A stretch of DNA of 64,000 nt from contig CAVQGN010000002.1 of NCBI GenBank assembly GCA_963712055.1, positions 134,784 to 198,783 on the forward strand, read 5' to 3'. This DNA is from an uncultured Chloroflexia bacterium (lineage in GTDB: Bacteria; Chloroflexota; Chloroflexia; Thermomicrobiales; UBA6265). Below are positions 1 to 8,408 of this stretch, piece after piece (position 1 is the stretch's first letter; every line of letters starts with the position of its first letter). The notes beneath the pieces are model-generated. The model made no database searches and had not been told where the DNA came from. It saw only the letters and a program-made list of their open reading frames with translations. The translations under genes were made by a program, and so were the position numbers.

Positions 1-1152
1 CTCAAACGCAGACTTCACCACTCCGTTGACTGCCGCAGGGTTGACCGATCCGTCTGATTGGACGAATTCGACTGCGATCATCAGTCCCTGCCCACGAACA
101 TCGCCGATCACCGGATACCGTTCCTGGAGCGACCGAAGTCCGGTCATCAGGTGGTCTCCGATTGCCTCAGCGTTTTCGACCAGATTTTCGTCCCGAATGA
201 CCTGCATGGTTGCCGCAACCGCTGCCGTCGCGACCGCATTGCCACCGTAGGTGCCTCCATGGGAGCCAGGAGGCCATTTGTCCATCGTTGCTCTACTGGA
301 AACGACAGCGCTAACAGGCATCCCCGAACCTAGACCCTTTGCAGCGGTCATGATGTCGGGAACCACATTGTGATGCTCGAAACCCCACATCTTGCCGGTG
401 CGACCGACACCAGTCTGAATCTCGTCCATGATCAGCATGATGCCGTGTTCGTCGCAAATGGCCCGCAGTTCCCGTGTCCACCGTGTTGAAGGAACGAAAT
501 AACCACCCTCGCCGGCAATAGTTTCGACAAGGATCGCCGCGACATCGTCGGGCATGACCATCTGGTCGAAGATTGAATGTAACTCACTGATATAGAACTC
601 ATCGGCTTCGTCGGTTGTCTGTCCGACAGGAGCGCGGTAGTAGTACGGGTACGGAGCGAAATAGACTCCGGGCAACAGCGGTTCGTAATGGCCCCGCACC
701 TTCGCTCGAGAAGACGTCAGGGTCATGGCTGCATGGGTGCGGCCATGGAACGCTCCCTTGAAGGCGATGACAGCCGGTCGGCGGGTCACGATCTTGGCGA
801 GCTTGATCGCGCCCTCGATCGCTTCGGCGCCGCTATTGGCCCAGAACACCTGATCGAGCGATTCCGGCAGGGTTGCGGTCACTTCAGCGGCTGCCCGCAG
901 CATCGATTCGTGAGCGAGGATGTTTTGTTGAGCATGAATGATCCGCGCTGCTTGTTCCTGAATCGCTTTGACAACGCGCGGATGGGAATGGCCGGTATTG
1001 ACGACGGCGATACCCGACGTGAAGTCGCTATAGCGTTGCCCGTCCCGATCCCAGAGGTAAATCCCTTCGCCATGATCAGCAAAAACGGGTGAGTACCGCC
1101 CAACAACCCGCGGGATCATGACCTGCGGATCGAGCACAATCTCACTGAGCAT
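1..1152 (-). CDS. Class-III PLP-dependent aminotransferase (GabT/ornithine aminotransferase-like); the C-terminus runs off the window start
   Basis: Not in the ORF track because it is open to the window edge. My translation from ATG 1152..1150 reads MLSEIVLDPQVMIPRVVGRYSPVFADHGEGIYLWDRDGQRYSDFTSGIAVVNTGHSHPRVV...ANSGAEAIEGAIKLAK...LIMDEIQTGVGRTGKMWGFEH...GGTYGGN. A GAGGAG Shine-Dalgarno (SD; rc of 1161-1166) lies 8 nt upstream. Confidence 0.85.
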   Translation of the reverse strand, partial: MLSEIVLDPQVMIPRVVGRYSPVFADHGEGIYLWDRDGQRYSDFTSGIAVVNTGHSHPRVVKAIQEQAARIIHAQQNILAHESMLRAAAEVTATLPESLDQVFWANSGAEAIEGAIKLAKIVTRRPAVIAFKGAFHGRTHAAMTLTSSRAKVRGHYEPLLPGVYFAPYPYYYRAPVGQTTDEADEFYISELHSIFDQMVMPDDVAAILVETIAGEGGYFVPSTRWTRELRAICDEHGIMLIMDEIQTGVGRTGKMWGFEHHNVVPDIMTAAKGLGSGMPVSAVVSSRATMDKWPPGSHGGTYGGNAVATAAVAATMQVIRDENLVENAEAIGDHLMTGLRSLQERYPVIGDVRGQGLMIAVEFVQSDGSVNPAAVNGVVKSAFE

Positions 1153-1200
1153 TTCGCTACCTCCTCATTTGACCATCAGAAGGAACACAACGCTTGGGGA

Positions 1201-1539
1201 CTATTTCTTTTCTTTGTCTTTGAGATCCTTGTAGTACTTTTTCGTTTTTGGAACTGGTTTCGAATCTTCAGCAGCGCGAACAGCCTGGGCTTTCGCAGAT
1301 GAAACCTCGATTTCCTCTTCCAGCCGAGCCAGATCGTTGTAGACATGGACGCTATTGTTGGCAGAAGCGGTCCTCATCAACATCCGCACCAGCTGCAACT
1401 GGCTGCCAGCGGCTGCGTTCTTGGCTGCTGGCAGCGAAGCCCGCTTGATGAACACATCGACCGCGTCCAGTGTGGACTGATCGGCATCGTTCTCTTGCAG
1501 TCTGACCCGGATGGTCTGCAAACCTTCAACTACATTCAT
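1201..1539 (-). CDS. Small hypothetical protein (~112 aa, helical, Lys-rich C-terminal tail)
   Basis: ORF 1201..1602. I prefer the internal ATG 1539 (MNVVEGLQTIRVRLQEND...), which has a GAAGG SD-like element about 8 nt upstream. I recognise no family. It would be co-directional with the downstream aminotransferase. Confidence 0.45.
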   Translation of the reverse strand: MNVVEGLQTIRVRLQENDADQSTLDAVDVFIKRASLPAAKNAAAGSQLQLVRMLMRTASANNSVHVYNDLARLEEEIEVSSAKAQAVRAAEDSKPVPKTKKYYKDLKDKEKK

Positions 1540-1642
1540 CGGGATTGCCTTCGCTTGGGAGTGAATGGCGGAAAACGCCGCGACGCACGCCGAGTATAGC
1601 ACCGGACGCGGTCGCTCCTGACCCGAAAACCTGTGCTCCTCG

Positions 1643-1651
1643 TGGTATCCT
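1643..1651 (+). promoter_or_regulatory. Putative extended -10 promoter element TGGTATCCT for the thiamin leader
   Basis: The TGnTAnnCT pattern ends about 7 nt before the first base of riboswitch helix P1 (1659). The same pattern recurs upstream of other + strand transcription units in this window. Confidence 0.35.
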
Positions 1652-1658
1652 CACGTTG

Positions 1659-1750
1659 GTTGCCAGGGGTGCGTTTGGCGCTGAGAGTGTGGTCTTCGAT
1701 CACCAACCCTCCGAACCTGATCCGGTTCGTACCGGCGAAGGGACGGCAAC
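1659..1750 (+). promoter_or_regulatory. TPP (THI-box) riboswitch
   Basis: Sequence gttgcc-aGGGGUGCgtttggcGCUGAGAgtgtggtcttcgatcaccaACCCtccGAACCUGAUCCGGUUCGUACCGGCGAAGGGAc-ggcaac. P1 arms are gttgcc and ggcaac. The CUGAGA and ACCUGAUCYGG..AAGGGA cores are present, and it lies directly upstream of thiD. Confidence 0.92.
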
Positions 1751-1830
1751 AGTCAACAGCGCTGGCCAGACCCTCGCTCGTGGACGGAATTGTCCATGGC
1801 GGTTTGTTTTTTCGACTCAATGGTCGGCGA

Positions 1831-2682
1831 ATGACGCAGAATCTTCCACTTCTCGGTTCGATACCAAAAGCTCTGACCGTTGCAGGTTCCGATTCTGGAG
1901 CGGGTGCCGGGATTCAGGCTGATCTGAAGACTTTCGCCGCTCTCGGAGTGTACGGCACGTCTGCGGTGACCGCGGTGACTGCCCAGAACACCCGCGGTGT
2001 CGTCGCGATTGCTGAAGTGCCGGAAGACATCGTCGGCATCCAGATGGATGCTGTGCTGGAAGATATCGGCGCAGACGCCGCCAAAACCGGGATGCTTTCG
2101 AGCAGTGAAATCGTCAAGGTAGTGGCGGATCGCTTGGCGGCATGGGGTGTGGGCAAGGTCGTGGTCGACCCGGTCATGGTCGCGAAGAGCGGCGATTTCC
2201 TGCTTCAGCCTGATGCAGTAGACGCAGTCAGGATGCAGCTACTTCCGGAAGCCCTGATCGTCACGCCGAACATCCCTGAAGCAGAAGAACTCGCGCAGTT
2301 GCAGATCACTGATCAACACTCCGCTCATCAAGCAGCGCGCCGAATCTCCGAGTTTGGGCCGCGATACGTCGTCATCAAGGGCGGTCACCTCGTTGGACCG
2401 CCAATCGATCTCGTTTTCGATGGCCGTGATTTCACCGAGTTTCCGGCCGAGCGGATCAGCACCCGGAACACCCATGGAACCGGATGCACCTTTTCGGCCG
2501 CGATCACTGCAGGTTTGGCCCACGGACTCGAACCGTTGGCCGCTATCGCCGCGGCAAAGGACTACATCTCGGGCGCGCTCGCCGCGAGTTATGCCATTGG
2601 TTCAGGACACTCACCCGTCAATCACTTCTTCGGCATCACAAGTAGCGTCCACGCTGCACCGCTCAAGGAGGCACAATCATGA
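1831..2682 (+). CDS. thiD: Hydroxymethylpyrimidine/phosphomethylpyrimidine kinase
   Basis: ORF 1633..2682. Its 5' part overlaps the riboswitch, so I moved the start to ATG 1831 (MTQNLPLLGSIPKALTVAGSDSGAGAGIQADLKTFAALGVYGTSAVTAVTAQN...). The stop overlaps the thiG start (ATGA). Confidence 0.9.
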   Translation: MTQNLPLLGSIPKALTVAGSDSGAGAGIQADLKTFAALGVYGTSAVTAVTAQNTRGVVAIAEVPEDIVGIQMDAVLEDIGADAAKTGMLSSSEIVKVVADRLAAWGVGKVVVDPVMVAKSGDFLLQPDAVDAVRMQLLPEALIVTPNIPEAEELAQLQITDQHSAHQAARRISEFGPRYVVIKGGHLVGPPIDLVFDGRDFTEFPAERISTRNTHGTGCTFSAAITAGLAHGLEPLAAIAAAKDYISGALAASYAIGSGHSPVNHFFGITSSVHAAPLKEAQS

Positions 2683-3473
2683 CCTCATCACTCGATACGC
2701 CTTTGGTCATCGCTGGCAAGACCTTTTCGAGTCGTCTCTTCCTCGGCACTGGCAAGTACCGATCGACTGACGAAATGCTGGCCGCGTTCGAAGCTGCCGA
2801 CACTGAGATGATCACCGTCGCGCTCCGTCGGATCGACTTCGACGATCCTAAGAGCCGGTCAGTGCTCGAGGACATTGACTGGAAACGCTACGCAATTCTG
2901 CCCAACACAGCTGGATGCCAAACGGCTGAGGAAGCGATTCGGGTTGCCCGACTCGCCCGCGCCCTCGAACTCTCGGATTGGATCAAACTCGAAGTCATCC
3001 CTGACCCGAAGTATCTCCTCCCCGATCCGATTGGGACCTTCGAAGCCGCCCGCGTCCTGATCGATGAAGGGTTCACCGTGCTCCCCTACATCGGCGCTGA
3101 CCCTGCGCTGGCTCTCCGTCTCCAGGAGATCGGCACCGCAACAGTCATGCCACTCGGTTCGCCAATCGGTTCAGGACAGGGTCTAGTCAGTATCGATTCG
3201 ATCAGAATCATCGTCGAGCAGGCGACCGTGCCGGTCGTCGTCGACGCCGGTATCGGTGTGCCTTCAGATGCCGCCCAGGCAATGGAAGCTGGCGCCGATG
3301 CGGTGCTCGCAAACACCGCGGTCGCGCTTTCGCCGAATCCCGCTTTAATGGCCGAAGCGATTGCTGACGGTGTTCGCGCTGGACGGAAGGCGTTTGTGGC
3401 TGGCAGGATTCCGCGAAAAGCCTACGCTACCGCCAGCAGTCCCGTCGAAGGTCTCGTCGGCTCCGTTTCCTGA
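2679..3473 (+). CDS. thiG: Thiazole synthase
   Basis: LFLGTGKY...ILPNTAGC.TAEEAIR.ARLA...WIKLEVIPD.KYLLPD...MPLGSPIGSGQG is a typical ThiG. Confidence 0.95.
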   Translation: MTSSLDTPLVIAGKTFSSRLFLGTGKYRSTDEMLAAFEAADTEMITVALRRIDFDDPKSRSVLEDIDWKRYAILPNTAGCQTAEEAIRVARLARALELSDWIKLEVIPDPKYLLPDPIGTFEAARVLIDEGFTVLPYIGADPALALRLQEIGTATVMPLGSPIGSGQGLVSIDSIRIIVEQATVPVVVDAGIGVPSDAAQAMEAGADAVLANTAVALSPNPALMAEAIADGVRAGRKAFVAGRIPRKAYATASSPVEGLVGSVS

Positions 3474-3494
3474 CGAATCAAGAGGAGGCTGAGC

Positions 3495-4130
3495 ATGGTT
3501 TTCGGTGCTACCCGACCGGTGCTTTACTTGGTGCTCGAACCTTCCACACCCACTGACGAGTTGATTGCGCTCGTCGAAGCATCGCTCGACGGGGGCGTCG
3601 ATGTCGTTCAGCTCCGCGAGAAATCTTTGACTGACCGGGAGATGCTCGAACGGGCCAGCAGACTGCGTCACCTGACCGATCTTTTCGGCGCAAAACTGAT
3701 CGTCAACGATAGGATCGATGTTGCTCTCGCCGCAGCCGCGGATGGTGTGCATCTCGGGGTCGATGACCTGCCGTTGGCTTCCGCTTTCGAAATCGCACCG
3801 ATCGGTTTTGAAATCGGCTATTCGCCCGAAGACCAGCACCAGGTCCACGCAGCGCAGACCGCCGGTGCAACCTATCTCGGACTTGGCCCGATCCACGTCA
3901 CGACATCCAAGACTGATGCTGGCGATCCGATCGGTGTGGCCGGTTTCGAGTTCCGTGCGGCGGGTTCGAAGTTACCCGCGATAGCCATTGGCGGCATCCA
4001 ACCGGCTGATGTCGCCCAACTCCTGACCTCAGGCGCGGCTGGCGTGGCGGTCATGAGTGCAATCACGCGATCGACCGATCCGCGGGAGATGGCGGCGCAA
4101 TTCAGAAGCGTTCTGGACGCCGCAGTCTGA
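3495..4130 (+). CDS. thiE: Thiamine-phosphate synthase
   Basis: VVQLREKSL...LIVNDRIDVALAAAADGVHLG.DDL...LGLGPIHVTTSK...AIAIGGI...GVAVMSAI. A GAGGAGG SD lies at 3483-3489. Confidence 0.9.
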   Translation: MVFGATRPVLYLVLEPSTPTDELIALVEASLDGGVDVVQLREKSLTDREMLERASRLRHLTDLFGAKLIVNDRIDVALAAAADGVHLGVDDLPLASAFEIAPIGFEIGYSPEDQHQVHAAQTAGATYLGLGPIHVTTSKTDAGDPIGVAGFEFRAAGSKLPAIAIGGIQPADVAQLLTSGAAGVAVMSAITRSTDPREMAAQFRSVLDAAV

Positions 4131-4972
4131 TGACTCTGGCGCGCCTGATGCTGGTGACGAATCGGCATCTCTCGAATCGGCCCGTAGCTGAGATCGTCGA
4201 CGCTGCTGTTCGTGGTGGCGTCGATTTCGTTCAGATACGGGAAAAGGACTTCGACTCTGTCGATCTTCTGAACCTTGTTCGTGAAGTGCAGGCGGTGGTT
4301 GGAGACCGAGCACTGATCTCGGTGAACGGAAGCGCCGACGTTGCGATCAACCTCGGTGTTGGTCTTCATCTGCCAGAGTTCGATCCGCTGCCTCCATACA
4401 TACGCTCGAATCTGGCGCATGGAGCGCTGATCGGACGGTCAGTGCATAGCATTGGGCATGCGTCTGGCGCTGAAGATTCACTCGACTATCTGGTGGCAGG
4501 TCATGTTTTTGCAACCAGCAGCAAACTTGGGCAAACACCGCTTGGCCTCGCCGGACTTCAGGCGATGACCAGCGTCGCTACCGCTCCAGTACTTGCGATC
4601 GGAGGTATCCTCCCGGAATCGGTCGGAGCGGTGATCGCTGCCGGATCACATGGGATTGCCGTGATGTCGGGAATCTATGCGGCAACGGACCCTGAAATCG
4701 CGGCGCGACGCTACCGCCAAGCGTTGGATCAAGCAGCAATGTACAACCAAACCCAGGAACCTAGCGAGATCGAGATTCAGGTAAACGGTAAACCGGCGTT
4801 GGTCATATCGGGCTGGACTCTTTCCGACTTCCTCGCCAGCAAAGAGCTGCATGAACGGATGGTCGTCATCGAACGTAACGGCACGATCCTCCGCTATCCG
4901 CAGTATCCGAAAACCATTATCGAGGCTGGTGACGTGCTCGAAATCGTCCATTTCGTCGGCGGCGGATCTTGA
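4130..4972 (+). CDS. TenI-like (ThiE paralogue, thiazole tautomerase-like) domain fused in frame to a C-terminal ThiS sulfur-carrier domain
   Basis: The N-terminal ~200 aa resemble B. subtilis TenI (IGRSVHS...GHVFATSSK...AIGGI...HGIAVMSGIYAATDPEIAARRYRQAL). The last ~66 aa (IEIQVNGKPALV...VVIERNGTILRYPQY...GDVLEIVHFVGGGS) resemble ThiS. There is no stop between the domains. An internal in-frame ATG lies at 4739. Confidence 0.8.
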   Translation: MTLARLMLVTNRHLSNRPVAEIVDAAVRGGVDFVQIREKDFDSVDLLNLVREVQAVVGDRALISVNGSADVAINLGVGLHLPEFDPLPPYIRSNLAHGALIGRSVHSIGHASGAEDSLDYLVAGHVFATSSKLGQTPLGLAGLQAMTSVATAPVLAIGGILPESVGAVIAAGSHGIAVMSGIYAATDPEIAARRYRQALDQAAMYNQTQEPSEIEIQVNGKPALVISGWTLSDFLASKELHERMVVIERNGTILRYPQYPKTIIEAGDVLEIVHFVGGGS

Positions 4973-5259
4973 AGCCAACGCTCAGCGCAACCTGGTGGCG
5001 AGGGTTGTGGGCCAGGTCCTGCAAGTTGCCGGCCCGTTGATGACCGTGTCGGGGTACGTTCTCGCCCAGATGGAGCGACTCAACCTGGAATCGCTCCCCT
5101 GTCTCCGTTTCAACTTCCTCAGCTCCGGAATCCTAGCGTTCTTGGCGCAGTCGGACCGACAATGGGAGTCTCTTTTGCTCGAACGGTTCTTGGGCGATGG
5201 TGTCGCTGGTAAGCCTGCTTCGCCTGACGGTTGTCGCCAAGGCGTGAGGGCAGCGACTT

Positions 5260-5610
5260 TCAGGATTCGTCTGGCCACCGGTGTTTGGCAAGATCGACTC
5301 GGAACTCGGACAGAAACGTGACACCTTCGTCTTCGAGCAAACCCTTCATGATGGCTGGATGACCAAATGCCCATCCTCCGGACAGTTCCCCGCGGGCGTT
5401 GACGACTCGGTGAGCGGGCAGATCAAGCTCTTCTGGCATCCTCGCCAGAATCCAACCAACCTGGCGGCCCCCACCGCGCACGCTGGCAAGTCGGGCGAGT
5501 CCACCATAGGTAATCACGCGACCAGTTGGTACCCGTGCCAGCACAAACCAGACGCGCTCCGCTGCCGTTGATTGTCGGGTCCAGGGGACCGCAGGATGTT
5601 CAGTCTCCAT
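5260..5610 (-). CDS. atl: Alkyltransferase-like (ATL) / MGMT-family DNA-binding protein lacking the acceptor Cys
   Basis: This is the 3' end of the 570-aa ORF 5260..6972. Only the last 116 aa look real (METEHPAVPW...VITYGGLARLA...GGRQVGWIL...LPAHRVVNARGELSG...). The motif PAHRV stands in place of PCHRV. Start ATG is 5610..5608. Confidence 0.85.
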   Translation of the reverse strand: METEHPAVPWTRQSTAAERVWFVLARVPTGRVITYGGLARLASVRGGGRQVGWILARMPEELDLPAHRVVNARGELSGGWAFGHPAIMKGLLEDEGVTFLSEFRVDLAKHRWPDES

Positions 5611-5760
5611 CGCGCTAAACGGTATACTGAAATGTTGTAGGTCGGCGAAACCACCTGCTGAACCATCCGCCTGAACCAGAGCCGAGGCGTTCCTTCTAGA
5701 ACCGCGCCGATTGTCACCACCCGTGAGACCTCGGTCGAACACCATCAGAACAGGACGAGC

Positions 5761-8355
5761 ATGCGATCCCTCTTCAAGAAGATTCTCGGAGACCCAAACG
5801 ACAAAGCCGTCAAGACCCTCTGGCCAGAGGTCGAGGAAGTTAACGCGCTTGAACAGGAATTCGTGGCCAAATCTGACGAAGAACTGAAACAAACGAAAGA
5901 GATCTACAGCGCTCGATACCGGAATGGCGAAACCCTCGACGATCTCCTGCCCGAGGTCTTTGCCGCTGTGCGAGAAGTCGCGCGGCGCAACCTCCATCAG
6001 CGTCACTTCGACGTGCAAATCCTTGGCGGTATTGTGCTTCACGACGGCAAGATCGCGGAAATGAAAACCGGTGAAGGCAAGACCCTGACCGCCACCAGTC
6101 CAGTTGCGCTCAATGCCCTGGCCGGTCGAGGCGTCCATGTCGTCACGGTCAACGACTACCTCGCCAAACGCGACACTCAGTGGATGGGCCGGGTCTACCA
6201 CGCGCTGGGTTTGAGCGTTGCCTGTATCCAGCACGACGAGGCGTTTCTCTACGACCCTGAATGGGAATCTCCCGACCCGCGTCTCGAACGTCTGCGCCCA
6301 ATCACGCGCCAGGAAGCCTACGCAGCCGACATTACGCACGGTACCAACAACGAATTCGGTTTCGATTATCTCCGCGACAACATGGTGGTGACCGCTGACC
6401 AATGTGTTCAACGGGATCTCTTCTACGCGGTGGTCGACGAAGTTGACAACATTCTCATCGACGAAGCGCGAACGCCATTGATCATTTCCGGACAGGCTGA
6501 GCAAGCAACCGACCGGTACTACCAGTTCGCGCAAATGGTCAAGCAGTTGCGTCCTGGACGCCATTACGAGGTCGACATCAAGCACAAAACCGTTTCGTTG
6601 ACCGAAGACGGAATCGACAAGATCGAGGAAATGGCCGGCATTCCCGAGGGCGAAAGCATCTACGACGATCGCTATATCGACCTCACCCACTATCTCGAGC
6701 AAGCGCTCAAAGCCGAAGCGATCTTCACGCGCGATAAGGACTACATCGTTCGTGATGGTGAAGTCATCATCGTCGACGAGTTCACCGGGCGGATGATGAC
6801 TGGTCGGCGCTACAGCGAAGGTCTCCACCAGGCGATCGAGGCAAAAGAAGGCGTTCGCGTTCGCCGGCAAAATGTCACCCTCGCCACGATCACATTCCAG
6901 AACTACTTCCGCCTGTACGACAAGCTCGCCGGTATGACTGGTACCGCCCAAACTGAATCCGAAGAGTTCCATCGAATCTATTCACTCGATGTCGTATCGA
7001 TCCCGACAAATCGAGATCTCGTTCGGGTGGATGCCGCCGATCTTGTCTATCGTTCCGAAGACGCCAAGTTCAATGCGGTCATCAAAGAAATCAACGATAT
7101 GCAATCTCAGGGTCGACCCGTGCTGGTCGGCACGGTTTCCATCGAGGCTTCCGAACGATTGAGCCAATTGTTGACCCGGGCCGGAGTCGATCACGAGGTT
7201 CTCAACGCCAAGCAGCACGAACGCGAAGCCGCGATTGTGGCGCGGGCAGGCGAACCGGGTGCGGTCACGATCGCGACCAACATGGCCGGTCGTGGTACCG
7301 ACATCGTGCTCGGGCAAGGTGTTTCTGAAGCCGGCGGCCTCCATATCATCGGCACAGAACGTCACGAAGCTCGCCGAATCGACAACCAGCTCCGTGGTCG
7401 CGCTGGGCGGCAGGGAGATCCTGGATCGACACGCTTCTATCTTTCACTCGACGACGATCTAATGCGGCGATTCGGCACTGATCGAGTCCGGGGTCTGATG
7501 GAACGCTTCGGGATGGACGACGACACGCCGATCGAGCATGGATTGATCTCCAAGACGATCGAGAACGCGCAAACCAAGGTCGAAGGGCACAACTTCGACA
7601 TCCGACGACACGTCGTGCAATACGACGACGTCATGAACCGCCATCGCGAAGTGATCTACGCCGATCGCCGCAAGATTGTCTCCGGCGATGACATGTCCGA
7701 CCGCGTCGACGAGATGATCTCGGACGAACTCGAGGCGATCGTCAATCGCTATTGCAACGAACGTGGCGATCAGATCGACTATGCCGGCATCGACGAAGAC
7801 TTCAACACGCTCGTTCCAGAATCAGAAGGCAGCCATGCGATTGACGAAGCGTCAATGGCGGGACGCAGCCGCGAAGATCTGATCGCGTACTTGCAGGAGG
7901 AGGTGGACCGCCGCTACGACCTCCTGGAGAGTCAGATCGGCGAGGAAGCGATGCGCGAGCTCGAGCGGCGCGTTCTCCTGCGCTCGATCGACCAGTTATG
8001 GGTCCAGCATCTGACCCGAATGGACGAACTCCGGGAAGGCGTCGGTCTCCAAGCCTACGGGCAGAAGGACCCGCTCGTTGTCTACAAAACCGAAGGCTAC
8101 CGGATGTTTGGAAAACTACTCGAGGATCTCCGCCATGACGTGGTCCGGACGATGTTCCGGGTCCGACCCGCGATTGCTGAACGACCGATCGAAACTGCCG
8201 TCACCAAGCAGCAGATGACTAACCTCGGCGAAGGCAGCGAGACGATGACCGTCACCAACAGCAAGAAAAAGGTCGGAGTAAACGATCCTTGCCCATGTGG
8301 CAGTGGTAAGAAGTACAAGCACTGTCACGGTCGCCGGGGCGCCAAGGCCGCCTGA
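5761..8355 (+). CDS. secA: Preprotein translocase ATPase SecA
   Basis: A full-length SecA-like sequence, including MKTGEGKTL, DEVD.ILIDEARTPLIISG and the C-terminal zinc motif CPCGSGKKYKHCHG. Confidence 0.97.
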   Translation: MRSLFKKILGDPNDKAVKTLWPEVEEVNALEQEFVAKSDEELKQTKEIYSARYRNGETLDDLLPEVFAAVREVARRNLHQRHFDVQILGGIVLHDGKIAEMKTGEGKTLTATSPVALNALAGRGVHVVTVNDYLAKRDTQWMGRVYHALGLSVACIQHDEAFLYDPEWESPDPRLERLRPITRQEAYAADITHGTNNEFGFDYLRDNMVVTADQCVQRDLFYAVVDEVDNILIDEARTPLIISGQAEQATDRYYQFAQMVKQLRPGRHYEVDIKHKTVSLTEDGIDKIEEMAGIPEGESIYDDRYIDLTHYLEQALKAEAIFTRDKDYIVRDGEVIIVDEFTGRMMTGRRYSEGLHQAIEAKEGVRVRRQNVTLATITFQNYFRLYDKLAGMTGTAQTESEEFHRIYSLDVVSIPTNRDLVRVDAADLVYRSEDAKFNAVIKEINDMQSQGRPVLVGTVSIEASERLSQLLTRAGVDHEVLNAKQHEREAAIVARAGEPGAVTIATNMAGRGTDIVLGQGVSEAGGLHIIGTERHEARRIDNQLRGRAGRQGDPGSTRFYLSLDDDLMRRFGTDRVRGLMERFGMDDDTPIEHGLISKTIENAQTKVEGHNFDIRRHVVQYDDVMNRHREVIYADRRKIVSGDDMSDRVDEMISDELEAIVNRYCNERGDQIDYAGIDEDFNTLVPESEGSHAIDEASMAGRSREDLIAYLQEEVDRRYDLLESQIGEEAMRELERRVLLRSIDQLWVQHLTRMDELREGVGLQAYGQKDPLVVYKTEGYRMFGKLLEDLRHDVVRTMFRVRPAIAERPIETAVTKQQMTNLGEGSETMTVTNSKKKVGVNDPCPCGSGKKYKHCHGRRGAKAA

Positions 8356-8408
8356 TTCATGACCTCGTCGCAAAGGAACCTGATCTGAACATCCCCACTT
8401 TCGATGTC

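Noticed and set aside
1633-1830. ORF-track N-terminal extension of thiD. Similar extensions occur for uvrA (28269-28367), the DAO oxidoreductase (47519-47659), MoxR (34358-34489), the GH-like gene (41391-41537) and rpe (61278-61400)
   Set aside because: The extensions overlap a riboswitch, divergent promoters or neighbouring genes. They lack homology-like sequence, and better internal starts with SD sequences exist.
4973-5259. Known structured RNAs (SRP/4.5S, 6S, RNase P, tmRNA) in the long thiS/atl spacer
   Set aside because: I could not find the diagnostic conserved motifs, such as GGAAGCAGCC-type SRP domain IV, the GAGGAAAGUCC P4 region, or a tRNA-like 3' end. Absence by eye is not proof, so this is kept as a low-interest finding.
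5611-6972. 570-aa minus-strand ORF (5260..6972) running antisense through secA
   Set aside because: Only its last 116 codons (the ATL gene) have recognisable protein character. The rest is Arg/Gly/Val-rich and exactly overlaps a bona fide secA on the other strand. This is a typical stop-poor antisense frame in GC-rich DNA.
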